Shown: positions 18,766 through 38,474, counted from the first letter of the stretch. The stretch is DNA of 64,000 bases from the human T2T-CHM13v2.0 reference genome, Homo sapiens (GCF_009914755.1 NC_060928.1), one strand, 5' to 3'. Translations and numbers: made by a program. The notes: generated from the sequence alone by a model not told the origin.

Positions 18766-19593
18766 TAACTCCAAATTTTTTAAAGCAAGAAAAATATTTA
18801 TTTTTAAACATCTTAAGAGCAATATTCACATAGTTTTACTGAGCTACTCTATAATTAAATAAATCAGCAGCTATTTACTGTTTTATGTCTTTCACAGGAA
18901 AAGAAGGGCATATTAAAATTAAAATACATAATAATTTCCAAATATTATTTTCACCAATGATGTCGAATTTACTGTTAGATTCCTGAAAGATTTTCTTGCA
19001 TCATTTGAAAGAGGCAAGAGGTACAAAACTATTCCCTCAGTATCTGATTTTTATGAGTCAATGTTTAATTTTTCAGCTTTGCCAAAGTAGTGTTTTGCTT
19101 TTTGGATTATCCAATCATTTTATTTGATTTTTGCATAAGCACATCTGCCTTTCAATTGTAAATCTTCAGTAATAAATCTTTAAACTCTGTGCTTTCATTT
19201 AGTGCATGATAATACTGCTTTTATTCTTCCTATTCTAAGAAATGTTTGATGGCCATAAAAAACTTTGGATTCACCTTTGATACCCAGTTTCTGATGTGTC
19301 TGCAGTTGTTTCATACCTCTATACGAATGTATGATATAACTCATGAAAACGTACAAATGTTTCAATATGAAAAATGAGCTATTTGTATTTTAAGATTATC
19401 TGACTTGCCTCAAGAGTGATTAGAATAAGAATGCTAAGCAAGCAAATATTTTGACTATAAAGTAAAAATTGCCACATCCTAACAATTATTGATCTCAATA
19501 GAGATATGCCAATTGCTTCTAAATTCATCCTCATCTAATGTAATTTTCTCTTCCATGTTTCATGTTTCTTGCTGTCACTACATTACACTCCAG

Positions 19594-20313
19594 CAAGTGA
19601 TGGCAAAGGAAAGTCTGCAGGCCAAATTGACCAACTGCTTGTTTTTGTATGACCCATGAGCAAAGAATGAATTTTACATTTTCAAATCGTTGCTGTATTA
19701 GTCTTTTCATACTGTTATTAATATAAAGAACCGCCCAAGACTGCAAGACTGGGTAGTTTATAAAGGAAATTTAATTGACTCACACTTCTGCATGGCAGGG
19801 AAGGCTTCAAGAAACTTACAATCATGTTGGAAGGCACCTCTTTACAGGGCGGCAGGAGAGAGAATGAGTGACAGCAGGGGAAATGTCAGATGCTTATAAA
19901 ACCATCATCAGATCTCATAAGAACTCACTCACTATCACGAGAGCAGCATGGGGGAACCACCCCCTGATTCAATTACATCCCACCAGGTCCCTCCCACGAC
20001 ACGTGGGGATTATGGGGATTATAATTCAAGATGAGATTTTGAATGGGGAAACAGCCAAACCATATCAGTTGGGTAAAAAAATCAAACAAAAATAATATTC
20101 TGTGATATGTAAAAATTATATAAAATTTAGACTTCAGTGACCATAAAGTTTTATTGGAACACAACCATGCCAATTCATTTTTGTATTTTCCATGACTGTT
20201 TTCATGTTACAACCGCAGAGTTGAATAGTTGTTACAGAGACCATTAACCCACAAAGCCTAAAATATTTACTATCAGCCTCTTTAGAAGGAAAAAAAAAAT
20301 GTGCTGATGCCTG
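19594..20313 (+). mobile_element. MER58B-like hAT MITE, split by a THE1 LTR
   Basis: ggccaaatt...gtttttgtatgacccatgagc, then after the LTR ataaagttttattggaacacaaccatg...agcctaaaatatttactatc...tgctgatgcctg. Confidence 0.8.
19694..20067 (-). mobile_element. THE1 (MaLR) solo LTR
   Basis: TGTATTAGTC...CAGCCAAACCATATCA. 5-bp TSD GTTGC/GTTGG. Confidence 0.92.
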
Positions 20314-20369
20314 TACTACAGGAAAATTTTCCAAACCTAGCTTTTATTATTAAGAGACTATACAGCTGC

Positions 20370-20550
20370 TAAGAGTACAGTCTCAAGTTTGAAACCAAGT
20401 TCCTCCATTTACCAAATATGTGTCCTTGGAAATTTTACATATTGTCTCTGTGCATTAATATTCAATCTGTATTCATAATTGTACCCGCTTCAGAGAGCTG
20501 TTGTAAGAATTCTGTGATCTAAAAGCCCTTAGGACATTGCATAACATACT
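20370..20550 (+). mobile_element. MIR fragment
   Basis: gtttgaaaccaagttcctccatttacc...tgtgtccttgg...gttgtaagaatt. Confidence 0.55.
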
Positions 20551-20551
20551 G

Positions 20552-21015
20552 GAATAAAATTAGTATTTTTTCTTTTTGAATTTCATTTAAATTGTGTAAG
20601 ATTATTAAAAATGTGTTAATATATTTTCAAATTGAATTCAAAAAAACAAAATTAACCCCTAATAATTCATACATTTGTCTGTATTACATTTTAATGAATA
20701 AAATTAGCATTTTTTGAATTTCATTTAAATTGTGTAAGATTATTAAAAATGTGTTAATATATTTTCAAATTGAATTCAAAAAAACAAAGTTAACCCCTAA
20801 TAATTCATACATTTGTCTGTATTACATTTTAATGAATAAAATTAGCATTTTTTGAATTTCATTTAAATTGTGTAAGATTATTAAAAATGTGTTAATATAT
20901 TTTCAAATTGAATTCAAAAAAATAAAATTAACCCTTAAAGTTTACAGATGTTATATAATAGCAATCTAGTAATGTAAATTAATTCATACATTTGTCTGTA
21001 TTAAATTTTAATGAA
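20552..21015. repeat. AT-rich tandem repeat, 138-bp unit, 3 copies
   Basis: GAATTTCATTTAAATTG recurs at 20578, 20716 and 20854. The third copy carries 41 extra bp. Confidence 0.97.
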
Positions 21016-21964
21016 GGATTGAGGCATGGGTAGAAGTATTTCTTAATCCTGAGAATATTACTTAAAGCATAGAAAATGATGAAAAACATTTTCTATGGGG
21101 CAGGAGTTAAAAATAATAGATAATAGAAAAGGATATCTTCTCAATGTAATGGAGAAGTTAAGATTGCATAAAAACATGATCTACATAGTCTGTATTCCTT
21201 AACCCATTTGACTTAACTCTTAAAACTCACTTAACAAAAGATAATAAACTCTAGATGCTAGAACACAGAAAAAAATTATGACACATTTAACTTTTTTCTT
21301 CTTGTATACATTAAGAATTTAATGCTTTTAATAATAAAATAATTTTCCTCTGATATATTAAATTAGCTGAACACAAGAATTAACAAATGTGGTTAAGTAA
21401 AGGTCTCTTGTAAAGTCTTCATATATTTTCTCTCTACGTTTTCATAAGCTTTCTGCAGATAAGTGCTTAGACAGTTAATAAAAAATAGAATCAACAAACA
21501 TCAACTTCTATGTTTACTAGGAAATTTCACGGTTAGTTATGAATCTGACTTCTTTAGCACAAATTTGCTCAAACTCATAAATACATTTGCATATTTATAT
21601 TTCACTTTTACCTCTGCTTTTAAATTTGCTCTCAAGTTATGTGATAATATTCATGAAATTTTCTGTTTCAGTTGCATAATTCTAGGTATTCAAGATAAGG
21701 TTTTACAGGTAATCATAAATTCAGTTTCTGTTTTATTTCTTAAGCACATCTGTTGTGTTATTATAATGATAACTTTTGACAAGTGTATGGCCTCTTTGAT
21801 GTATAGAGCTAAAGTTTATACTTGTGCTAGAAAATATATAACATTATATTCCATCCAGCACATTAAAGTAAGCCTGATTTTAGTTTTATTCGTTCTTGTC
21901 CTTCTCCATGACATCCCATCAAAGTATAAAGTTTATGGTTGTATACGAGGAAGAATTTTCACCA

Positions 21965-22230
21965 TAAAATGCTGTGTGTACCATTTATATAAAATTCAAG
22001 ACCAGACAAAACTAATTGGTGGTAATAAAAGTCAGAATAGTGGCTATGTCTGATGGTGAGTAAACAAACATAGGTATTGCCTGGAAAAGGACAAAAAGGA
22101 ATCTGGTGGAGAAATAAAATTAGTATATCTTGATCTGAGTGGTAATTACAAAGGTATGCATATATATATAATGTATTCAGGTGTGTACTTACTTGCCTAT
22201 TTTAATAAATTGCACCTCAGTGTTTAGAAA
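21965..22230 (+). mobile_element. Old L1M (L1ME/MC-like) 3' end
   Basis: ccatttatataaaattcaaga...aaactaat...aagtcagaatagtggcta...tatcttgatctgagtggtaattaca. Confidence 0.65.
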
Positions 22231-23069
22231 GAGAGCATGAGAAATGGTAATACCACACTTCTGCTACAACAAAGTTTTTGAATTGTAGCTCATCGATAAA
22301 ATTTAAAACAATGTTTACTGAGTGAATGAAAAGGGGCCAAGTAATGAAGTAAGATTCCATGGATGTGGGGAACTAGAAATCACCCCCAAGGGCCACTGGA
22401 AAATGGTGAAAATATTTGTAAAACACTCCAAGTCTAGCTCTCTGTTGTTCATTTATCAATCCCCTGAAATCACCACAGCTTTTTCTTACTCCTGTTGCCA
22501 TCCTAAATATAAAAAAACATCTGGGAAAGCAGGCAGCAAACAGCAGCAGCTGTGATTATTGGCACAGAAGAGAAGAGGAAAGCACAGAGGTGGCAGCATG
22601 TAGCAGAATAGCTATAAAACTGGGCCAAGTAGCAGCAGCATGCCCACAGATGGCAGAGAACTGAGCATGGGAAGGGCCACCTAGCAGCGTTTCCACTTTC
22701 CAAAGCTACTAAGAAAATTTCAGCACAAATAATTAGTCAGATCAAGAGTACATAGCCAATCATTTTATAAACATGCCCAAGTTCTCAGCACCCTAAGCCA
22801 GTTATACATTCTAACCTGGATCATTTAATAGCAGCATTGGGCTTTATAGGAACTTAGACTTTGACAAGTAAATCTGGGGTAAGATGAAATACGCTACTCG
22901 TCTGATGACTTTTGATGGCTTTTTTTTATATCAGCAATTTCAGGTAGCCTGGGTAAGTAAGCGCCAAGCTTTGCATTTATATGACAAGTAAGGATATGGA
23001 GAACAAAAGACAAAGCCTAGAACCATACACCAGGGGATTTAGAAAATCTTGCATAAAGCCCAAAGGAAG

Positions 23070-24060
23070 ATGGTAGAATAAATCCAAATGTATCAGTTAT
23101 CATTAAAAATAGAAATATGCTAAAACCCCAATGCTACAAACAGAAGTTGTCATGCGGCAATTTAAAAAAAAACATATATCACATAAATTCTATCCAAAAG
23201 AAGGAATTTATTGCTTCATGAGTATAGAAAGCTAAACTTTAAGTAAAAAGCAATATTAAAAATAAAAGGAATCATATATTGATAAATGATTTGATTTTTT
23301 TCAGCAAGAAAAACTAATTATAAACTTTTATACACCAAACAATGGAGCCTTTTGTAAAGTGAAAACCTACTGATAGAATTAAAAGAGAAATCTAAAATTT
23401 ACCACAATGTTATCATTTCAACATATCTTGTTTGGATAGGTTCATTAACCAATGCCAGAAAGTATTATAAAATTAATAAGCTTAACATGATAGGCATATG
23501 AAGAATATACTCCTTAAAAATTATTTTAAGCACACATCATTTATGAAAATTTACACAAATTTCTATAAATTGAAAATGATTATTATCATAAAACAACTAG
23601 CTCTAAATTAACTTAAAAAGTTTTAAAAGATAACCACAATTTTCCATTCAGATCAAATTTTAAGAATGCAAATCTGAGTAAATCCTGGATCAAAGAGAAA
23701 TGATACTGAGAATAAACAAATTGTAGATGTAAATCGTAAAGAAATAATTCTAGGATTAGCTTATGAGATATTTTGAGAAAAAATACTTTAAATTTAAACA
23801 TGTCATATGCTAATTTTAGAATATAGAAATGTATATGAGCTAAATAGTAGTGAGCTAACTATTACAAGAAGGAAGAAAAATCAGAATATATCAAAATAAT
23901 ATAAAGAAAAAATAATTTTTCATAGGGCAAAAAGACATGACTTAGAAACCAAAAGTAAAATTAATAAAGAAAAATCAATTTGCCTTTTAAAAACATTAAT
24001 ATCATGTAAAAACCTATGACAAGAGTAATAAAAAAATGAAGACACAAGCAAAATTGTTAT
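23070..24060 (+). mobile_element. Very old L1M ORF2 remnant
   Basis: A-rich sequence with degenerate similarity to the ORF2 EN region (aaatccaaatgtatcagttatc..., tatacaccaaacaatggagc). Confidence 0.5.
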
Positions 24061-24099
24061 AATCACAGCTGCTAGAAACATACTCTCCTGCTACAATTG

Positions 24100-28690
<4,591 letters not shown>

Positions 28691-28691
28691 C

Positions 28692-28878
28692 ACTGAACCT
28701 AAGCATAAAATTTTTCCCTGGTCTTTGGGTCTTCATTTTGAAGGCTCCCATGTCATGTAAAACTGTGATTGCATAAATGTGTTATGTTCTGTCTTGTTAA
28801 TCTGTCTTTTGTTATGGGAATGTCAGCTGTGACCGTTAAGATGGGGAGGAAAGATATCACATTTTTTCCAGCCCTACA
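28692..28878 (+). mobile_element. 3' fragment of ERV1 LTR (MER39/MER34-like)
   Basis: ctttgggtcttcattttgaaggctcccatgtcatgtaaaact...cttgttaatctgtcttttgttat...ccctaca. Confidence 0.6.
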
Positions 28879-29047
28879 TCTACCATGCCATAGAAATTAA
28901 CCCAATTTATTAAATGTTATTAGCATAGAGCTAGACAAATAAACTAATGCAATAGAATATATAATCCTCCCCCAAAGGCTAATATGTATATGGAAACATA
29001 ATCAATGGTATCCAAGCAAGTAATTACCCTTAATGAAAAATAAAGCT

Positions 29048-30916
<1,869 letters not shown>

Positions 30917-30920
30917 ATAA

Positions 30921-31820
30921 CATACAAAAATCAATCTGAGTGGATTAAAACAATGTAAAAATAGCCATACAGTTACTAAAGATAATATAGAATGTGTGTA
31001 TCTGATATAAGGAAGAAAATATTTGTTAAATAAATGTAAAAACATGTAAAACAAAAATTTACAAGTCCCATTACATTAAAAATTAGGACCAATGTTCAAG
31101 AAAGACAGGCCAAACGTGGGGAAGACACTTGTGTGACATGAAAAAGGATTGTGATACAGAAAGTTTAATTGTTAAAACTCTATAAATAGAGCAGGGGGCA
31201 CTCGGGTGGGGAAAAATAACTATAAATAAATAAGAAAAAACAGATAACTCCCCAGAAAGATGCAAAAGGATAGATACTTCAGAGAATAGAAAACACAAAT
31301 GACCAATAAATACATGAAACATGTCTACATGTCTTATATTATGAGCTTTCAAAGACCTTCAAGTTAAAACCATAATGTTATTATTACACAGTAAGCTAGA
31401 TTTCAAGTTTTCACAAGATGAAATAGTGGCAAAGATGTAGAGCATCTGGAACTCTTAAATAAAGCTAATAAAATGTAAAATGGTACAACTACTTGAAAAT
31501 CAATTATGCCCTTATCTATTAAGGTGATTCTATACATGCCTTACAAGCCAGGAATTAAACTTTTTGATATACACCCAAGAGCTACAAGATACATACAAAA
31601 ATGTTAATCATGGCAATATTTGTAATAACAAACCAAAAATTACAAAATATATATCCAAAGCAAAATAAAATATGTTGTATTATAAAATTATACTATTTAA
31701 AAATGACAAAAAATTAAATACATAGTAGCATGAATGAAATTTAGAAACAAGTGAAAAAGCAAATTCTAGACTAGTGCATTATAGTGATTTAATTAATATA
31801 AAATTTTAAATAATATATTG
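30921..31820 (+). mobile_element. Old L1M 3' region (host of the AluY and LTR12C; also 28879-29047)
   Basis: gaatctctacttcataa|catacaaaaatcaatc rejoins across LTR12C as L1 ORF2-like sequence. Confidence 0.65.
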
Positions 31821-32037
31821 TCAATATTGTTTCTAAATGTCATCATTTATGAAACAAATGCCACAAGTTCGTCACTCTAAAGAGCATTTCCCAGAGGTGA
31901 GGTCTGAAGAGGCTAGTCTTCATAGTGGAGCTTACTGAGGTGCACGCTTCTGTTGGGTACATCAACTCAAACACATTACCTACCTGCTGGAAAACTGAGT
32001 CCTTAAAATAGCCTAGACATATATAGATGAGCTTTTC

Positions 32038-32215
32038 CAGTGGTGTGTACCCTTAGGTATACAAGAGAAATACTTGGGGAGTTTTAAAAAATTTTAATGA
32101 TCGGGCCACACATCAGCCAATTAAACCAGGATCCTTGGGGATGAGACCCAGAAAGCCCTACGTTTTAAAATTTTACCGTGATTTTCCAAGATGCAGCCAA
32201 GGTTGAGAACCATTA
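32038..32215. mobile_element. MER5-type hAT MITE
   Basis: cagtggt...ccaattaaaccaggatccttgggg...tgcagccaaggttgagaacca. Confidence 0.6.
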
Positions 32216-32333
32216 TGTTACAGCAAGTCTTTATCACTTTCTCCTGAAAAATTGAATGCTTCGTGTGAATGTAATTTTACTCAATCCTGAATAAACTCGT
32301 CTGCCTAGTATTGATGGTCTGCAATCTCTTAAG

Positions 32334-32334
<1 letters not shown>

Positions 32335-32382
<48 letters not shown>

Positions 32383-32396
32383 CATACACACACACA
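32335..32396. repeat. (TA)n/(CA)n compound microsatellite
   Basis: Direct reading of the sequence. Confidence 0.97.
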
Positions 32397-33677
32397 GGTT
32401 AAGGTAAAACCTTTGATGTATATGTATAAAGACCAGAGCAAGAATAAACCACTGTGGAACCTATGGTTTAACATGAGGTTAAAATCCTCTGTGTTGATTC
32501 ACACAACTGAGGAAGATATCAGTCAAAAGTATTACATCATTAAGCACTTTCCTAATTAAAAGAGAACTGCATGATCACTTTATATGCATCAAATTACTTA
32601 TAATTTACAGTGATATTTAAAGGTAACATTTACTCCATATCTATGAGAAGTACACCTAATGGATAGAAAATGAGTTGTTTTTATTTCATTTCATAAGTGA
32701 GAAAATCCATATAAACTATTAAATTAAAAACAAAAGCAATTCACAGAGAAGAATTTCTTACTGAAACATTTTATTTTCCTTACTGATATGATATCATTAC
32801 CAGAACATAAGTTCCTAATTAGGCTATACAGTAATAATCAAAAGTCTCTAAGCACCAACTATAAATATACGAATTCTTAGATCTCTACATTTTAAAAACA
32901 AGCTCATTTCCTTTACTTAAATTGTAAAAAGTTGGCTATGATTTTCCTCAAGACATTCATGTTCTTATTTCATAGCACTTTCAAAAAGGTTGATTAAATT
33001 GTTACTTTTAACTATAGATTCACAAAGTTTTAGGCATTTTTATTATTAGTTCATTTTCTGAAATTGAAGTATTTTTCAAGCTAATTTTTTATATAAATGT
33101 GTAAGCCCTAGCTCAAATATTTGTATTTATCATTCACTTTCGGGACTTTTTTTCTCTGCTGTATTGTTTTAATCCTCATCTTTATATCGTCTATATGTTG
33201 AGAGGCAAAAATTATCAATTATTGTTAGTTTCACAGTGAAAAACTTGTCTTAGTCTATCCGTGTAGTGATTTTGAGAATTATAAATAAACATAATTATCT
33301 CTTTTATAAAAAAAGAAGTATAAGAATGTTTAGAGACACAAAGAAGACAGATCTTAACTATATTAAGAAACGGAAAAAATAAAGAATTGAAAAAGAATTA
33401 TGGAGGCATACAAGTTTCAAGGGATAGTTCCCAATGTAATTGGTAGATGCGATTTTCCATTTACTCAAAGGCACGTGGACCCAAACTCTATATAAAATCT
33501 ACATAGGTTATTGGCAGGAAAATTAATATATTTGGGTGAATTAAGGTAGAACTAGGCTAGATTGGGTCAAATATTGTAGATAATGAACAGGATTGATTAA
33601 AAACTGATCTTGCAAAACCCATAATAAAATATATGCATTATATTAATAAAACAACTGAAGAGATAATTTATACATGC

Positions 33678-34125
33678 TGTGAATGTACACTCAGGTGCCC
33701 TTTACCTGGCTAATGTACGCATATCCAGCTGTGGATGTGGTTTGCTAATTTCTGATGGCTGTCGCCTTCCCTAGAGAATTGGCTTGTGCCAAAAGGGAGA
33801 TGCCTTGAAATATAAATCGGGCTCCAGCATCTCCTTATTAGTAATTCAACTAATGCGAGATTTTTTTAAAAGACTGCCCCACCTCCTTCACTCCCTTCCC
33901 CTCACTAGCCTCAAAGCTGGACTAACTCTGTGGTATAATTTACCTTTGGAGGTTCCCTTGGGGATCAGGATAAAGGTACATTCTTACTTAACATTTTTAC
34001 CCTGCCCTATCTCACTTTTCTACTTTTCTTCTACTGAAGGCAGTCTCCTATGAGTAAATGATCAGAAATCTTCCATGATGAGTAAGAACTCAGGCTCTTT
34101 ATCTGCAGAGCCTAAACTTAAGACA
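33678..34125 (+). mobile_element. LTR16-like (ERVL) solo LTR
   Basis: TG...CA ends; agcctcaaagctggactaactctgtggt, ccctgccctatc, ctcaggctct...cttaagaca. Confidence 0.55.
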
Positions 34126-34911
34126 GATGATCTCTTCCCATTTCCTCCCTAGTTCCTCAGTGAGGTGCTCTTGAAGTTCTGTAGTCTTAGCAACCTGTAT
34201 GGAGGGAGGGATGTGCCAGTTAAAAGGAAGTCTAAATTAATGGTTCATTTGGTTTCTTGTAAGTAACTATGAACAAGGTCATGTCAGCACTCCAGGATCT
34301 ATTTTTTCACCATATAAGGAAAACATAAATTGCATATTTCTACATTCAATATTTCTCTCACATCATAAGGCTGAGAGTAGTTTTGGTGAAGTGGGCCTGG
34401 TCATATTCTTGCAAGATCCTACCCTTGATTGTGAGCATGGGTGTTGGCCCTTGTATTCAATCAACCTCTCACTCTTCATGGCAGCAATACATTTCCATTG
34501 TGCATTATGGGACTCTTTTGGCTTGTAAGACTATTGAAGTGACTGACTGTTTTACCTCACAGTCCTCAATTATAAAGTTGTAAATATCTGGCCTGCTCTC
34601 ACCAGACAGCTTCCCGAGTTTTATTTTTCAAACTTTACTCTGTAGGACTCACTGACAAGATTATGTTCTTATGGTTCCACATCCCATGAAGAGGGCATAG
34701 CCAGTCTCAGGTTGGTGATGGCTTACGACCAGGAAGATTTTCAACAGAAAAGTAGACTCAATATGTTCAACCACACAGTTGAAAATACCAGGCCCAGTGG
34801 GGCAATATCTAATAGAGGAAGTTTCTCAGCAAATGCACTCCTCTTGCAGCTAGTTTAACCTACAAATGCAACTTATCTCTCTCTTTTCATCTCTTGGAAT
34901 TCATTCAATGC

Positions 34912-35095
34912 ACCTACCTGTCTGGCCTGGTTTCAGCCTAGGAGTATAAACAATGGCCATGCTAACTTAAACCTTCACTTCTCAAGGCTAGTGTTTCTGG
35001 CATGCTCCCTTCTCTTGGAATTTTTGAGTATAACAAACTGTCTTTTCAATAGCAATTATTTCCTGACCTATTGGTCTTGTCTAAACAATAAAAAC
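34912..35095 (+). repeat. 184-bp local duplication, copy 1
   Basis: Ungapped match to 38291-38474, about 14 mismatches by eye. Confidence 0.95.
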
Positions 35096-35199
35096 TTTGA
35101 AAGAGTAGCCTGGCCTTTACTGCTGCCAGTATAATGAACATGATGGCTTATTTAATTCATAAAAATTAGCTGTGCCACATCTTCCTTGCTTTTGTTTTT

Positions 35200-38100
35200 T
35201 GTGTGTTTTGTTTTTTTTTCTTACCAGATTTTATTTTAGGTTCAGGGTATACGTGCAGGTTTGTTATATGGGTAAATTGCATGTTGTGGGGGATGGGTGT
35301 ACAGATAATTTTGTTATTCGGGTAATAAGCATGGTACCCAATAGGTCATTTTTTAATCCTCACCCTCCTGCCACCCTCCACCCTTAAGTAGGCCCCACTG
35401 TCTATTGTTTTCTTCTTTATGCCTAAGTGTACTCAATGTTTACCTCCCACTTTTAAGTGAAGCATGCAGTATTTGGTATTCTGTTAATTGATTTAGGATA
35501 ATGACTTCCAGCTTCATCCATATTGCGACAAAGCTCTTCTTTATATGTCTGGTAGAATTTAGCTGTACATCCGTCTCTTCCAGGGCTTTTCTAGTCAGTA
35601 GGCTTTTCATTAATGATTCAATTTCAGAACTTGTTATTAGTTGGTTCAGGGTTTCAGTTTCTTCCTGTTTCAATCTTGGGAGGCTGTGTACTTCTAGGAA
35701 TGTATCCATTTCTTCTAGGTTTTCTAGTTTGTGTTCATAGAAGTGTTCATAATAGTCTCAGGTTTTTTGTTTTGTTTTGTTGTAATTCTGTGGGGTTGGT
35801 GGTGATGTCCGCTTTGTCATTTCTGATTGTGTTTATTTGGGTCTTCTCTCCTTTTTTCTTTATCAGTCTGGCTTGCATGATCCTGTCATCGTGTCTTATT
35901 TATTCTTTCAAATAATCATGTTTTGGTTTTGTTTATCTTTTTTATGTTTTTTATGTATCTCAGTTTCATTCAGTTCAGCTCAGATTTTGATTTTCTTTTC
36001 TTCTGCTAGCTTTCAGGTTGGTTTACTCTTGTTTTCCTAGTCCCTCTAGGTGTGATGTGAGGTTGTTAATTTGAGATCTTTAACTTTTTGATGTGGGTGT
36101 TTAGCTATAAACTTTCCTCTTAACACTGCTTTAGCTGAGTCTCAGGGATTCTGGTATGTTTTATCTTTGTTTTCATTAGTTTAAAATAATTTCTTGTTTT
36201 CTGTCTTCACTTTATTGTTTACCTAAAAGTCATTCAGAAGAAGATTTTTTAATGTAATTATATGATTTTGAGAGATCTTCTTAGTACTGATTTTTATTTT
36301 TATTGCATTGTGGTCCAAGAGTGTGGTTGACATAATTTCAGGGTTTTTAAAAAATTCATTGAGAATTGTTTTATGGCTGATTCTGTGATCAGTTTTAGAA
36401 TATGTGTCAAGTGCTGATGAGAAAAATATATATTCTGTTGTTTTTGGGTGGAGAGTTCTGTAGATATCTGTTAAGTTCATTTGCTCAAGCATCGGAGTTC
36501 AGTTCCTGAATATCTTTGTAAGTTTTCTGACTCAATGATCTCTCTAATATTGTCAGTGGGGTGTTAAACTTTTCTACTATTATTGCATGCTTATCTAATT
36601 CTCTTAGTACTTCTCTAAGAGCTTGCTTTAGTGAATCTGGGTGCTCCAATATTGGGTGCATATATATTTAGGATAATTAAGTCTTCTTGTGAATCAAGCC
36701 CTTTATCATTATGTAATGCCTTTCTTTGTCTTCTTTGGTCATTGTTGGTTTAAAGTCTGTTTTGTCTGAAATTTGAATAGCAACCCCTGTTCTTTGTTTT
36801 TCATTTGCATGGTAGATTTTTCTCCATCTCTTTACTTTGAGCATATGGGTGTCATTGCATGTTATATGGGTCTCTTGAAGACAATATACAGTTGGGTCTT
36901 TCTTCTTTATTCAACTTACCACTCTGTGCCTTTTAAGTGGGGCATTTAGCTAATTTACATTCAAGGTTAATATTGATATGTGCATATTTGATCCTGTCAT
37001 CATGTTAACTGGTCGTTATTCAGACTAGATTGTGTAGTTTTTTTATAGTGTGTCAGTAGTTACGTTTTGTGGTGGTCAGTGACAGTGATTTTTTTTCCCA
37101 TGTTTAGCATCCCTTTAAGGACCTATTGTAAAGCAGGTCTAGTGGTAACAAATTTCCTTGGCATTTACTTATCAGGAAAGGATCTTTTTTCTCCTTTGCT
37201 TATGAAGCTTAGTTTGGCTGGATATGAAATTCTTGGTTGTCATTTCTTTTCTTTAGCACTGCTAAATACAGGCCCCCAATATCTTTTGGCTTATAGGGTT
37301 TCTGCTGAAAGGTCTGCTGTTAGCCTTATGGGTGACCTGCCCCTTCTCTTTAGCTGCCTTTAATATTATTTCTTTCACATTGACCTTGGAGAATCTGATG
37401 ACTGTGTGTCTTAGGAATGGTCTTCTTGTGTAATAACTCAGAGGGATTCTCTGCATTTCCTGAATTTTAATGTCAATATCTCTAGCAAGATTGGGGAAAT
37501 TTTCATGGACAATGCTCTCAAATATGTTTTCCAAGTTGCTTGTTCTCTTTCCCTCTCTTTCAGGGATGCCAGTGAGAACTAGGATTGGTTTCTTTACATA
37601 ATTCCATATTTCTCAGAGGTTTTGTTCATTCTTTTCTTTTTTCTTTGTTTTTGTCAGATTGAGTTGACTTCAAGAATCGGTCTTCGAGCTTCTTTCCTCA
37701 GCTTGGTTGATTCTGCTGTTAATACTTGTGAGTATATTCTAAAGTTCTTGAAGCAAGTTTTTCAGCTCTATCTGATCAGTTTGATTCTTCTTAAAATGTC
37801 TGCTTCATCTTTCAACTCTTATATTGTTTCAGTGGATTCCTTAGATTCCTCAATTGGGTTTTGACTTCCTCCTGAATCTCGAAGATCTTCGTTCCTATCC
37901 AGAATCTAAATTCTTTATCTGTCATTTCAGCCTGGTTAAGACCCATTGCTAGGGAACCAGTGTGGTCATTTGGAGGTAAGAAGACACTCTGGGTTGAGTA
38001 AGAAGACACTTTTGATTTGTCAGAGTTCTTGCATTTTTTCTTTCTCACCTGTGCGGGCTGACATTCCTTTAATCTTTGAAGCTGCTGTCCTTTGGATAGG

Positions 38101-38281
38101 GCTTTTGCTTTTATATTCTTTGATGCCCTTGAGGGTTTGTCTGTGGTATAAGGTCTATTCAGTGATTGGCTTCATTTCTGAAAATTTTCAGAGTGGCAAG
38201 GATCAGCCCAGCACTCCTGGGATTCATGCTCTAATCCTGGGGAGCTGGTACAAGACCCAGGGCTTTGTTCCCTGACCCCTG
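35200..38281 (-). mobile_element. L1PA13-16-type LINE-1 with a large internal deletion, truncated in the 5'UTR
   Basis: Poly-T and 3'UTR 35200-35530, then a jump into mid-ORF2. EN fragment (ORF 36223-36492) and ORF1 fragments (37262-37534 ENIFESIVHENFPNLAR, 37812-38048). Confidence 0.92.
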
Positions 38282-38290
38282 TCAATGCAG

Positions 38291-38474
38291 ACCTATCTGT
38301 CTGGCCTGGTTTCAGCCTAGGAGTATAAACAATGGCCATGCTAACTTAAACCTTCATTTCTCAAGGCTAGTGTTTCTAGCAGGCCCCCTTCTCTTAGAAT
38401 CTCTGAGTTTAACAAACTGTCTTTTCAATAGCAATTATTTCCTGAACTACTTGTCTTGCCTAAATAATAAAAAC
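38291..38474 (+). repeat. 184-bp local duplication, copy 2
   Basis: Matches 34912-35095. Confidence 0.95.

Noticed and set aside
21463-22053. 196-aa plus-strand ORF
   Set aside because: It has a GTG start, an AT-driven Ile/Phe/Leu composition and no motifs, and it runs into an L1M 3' fragment.
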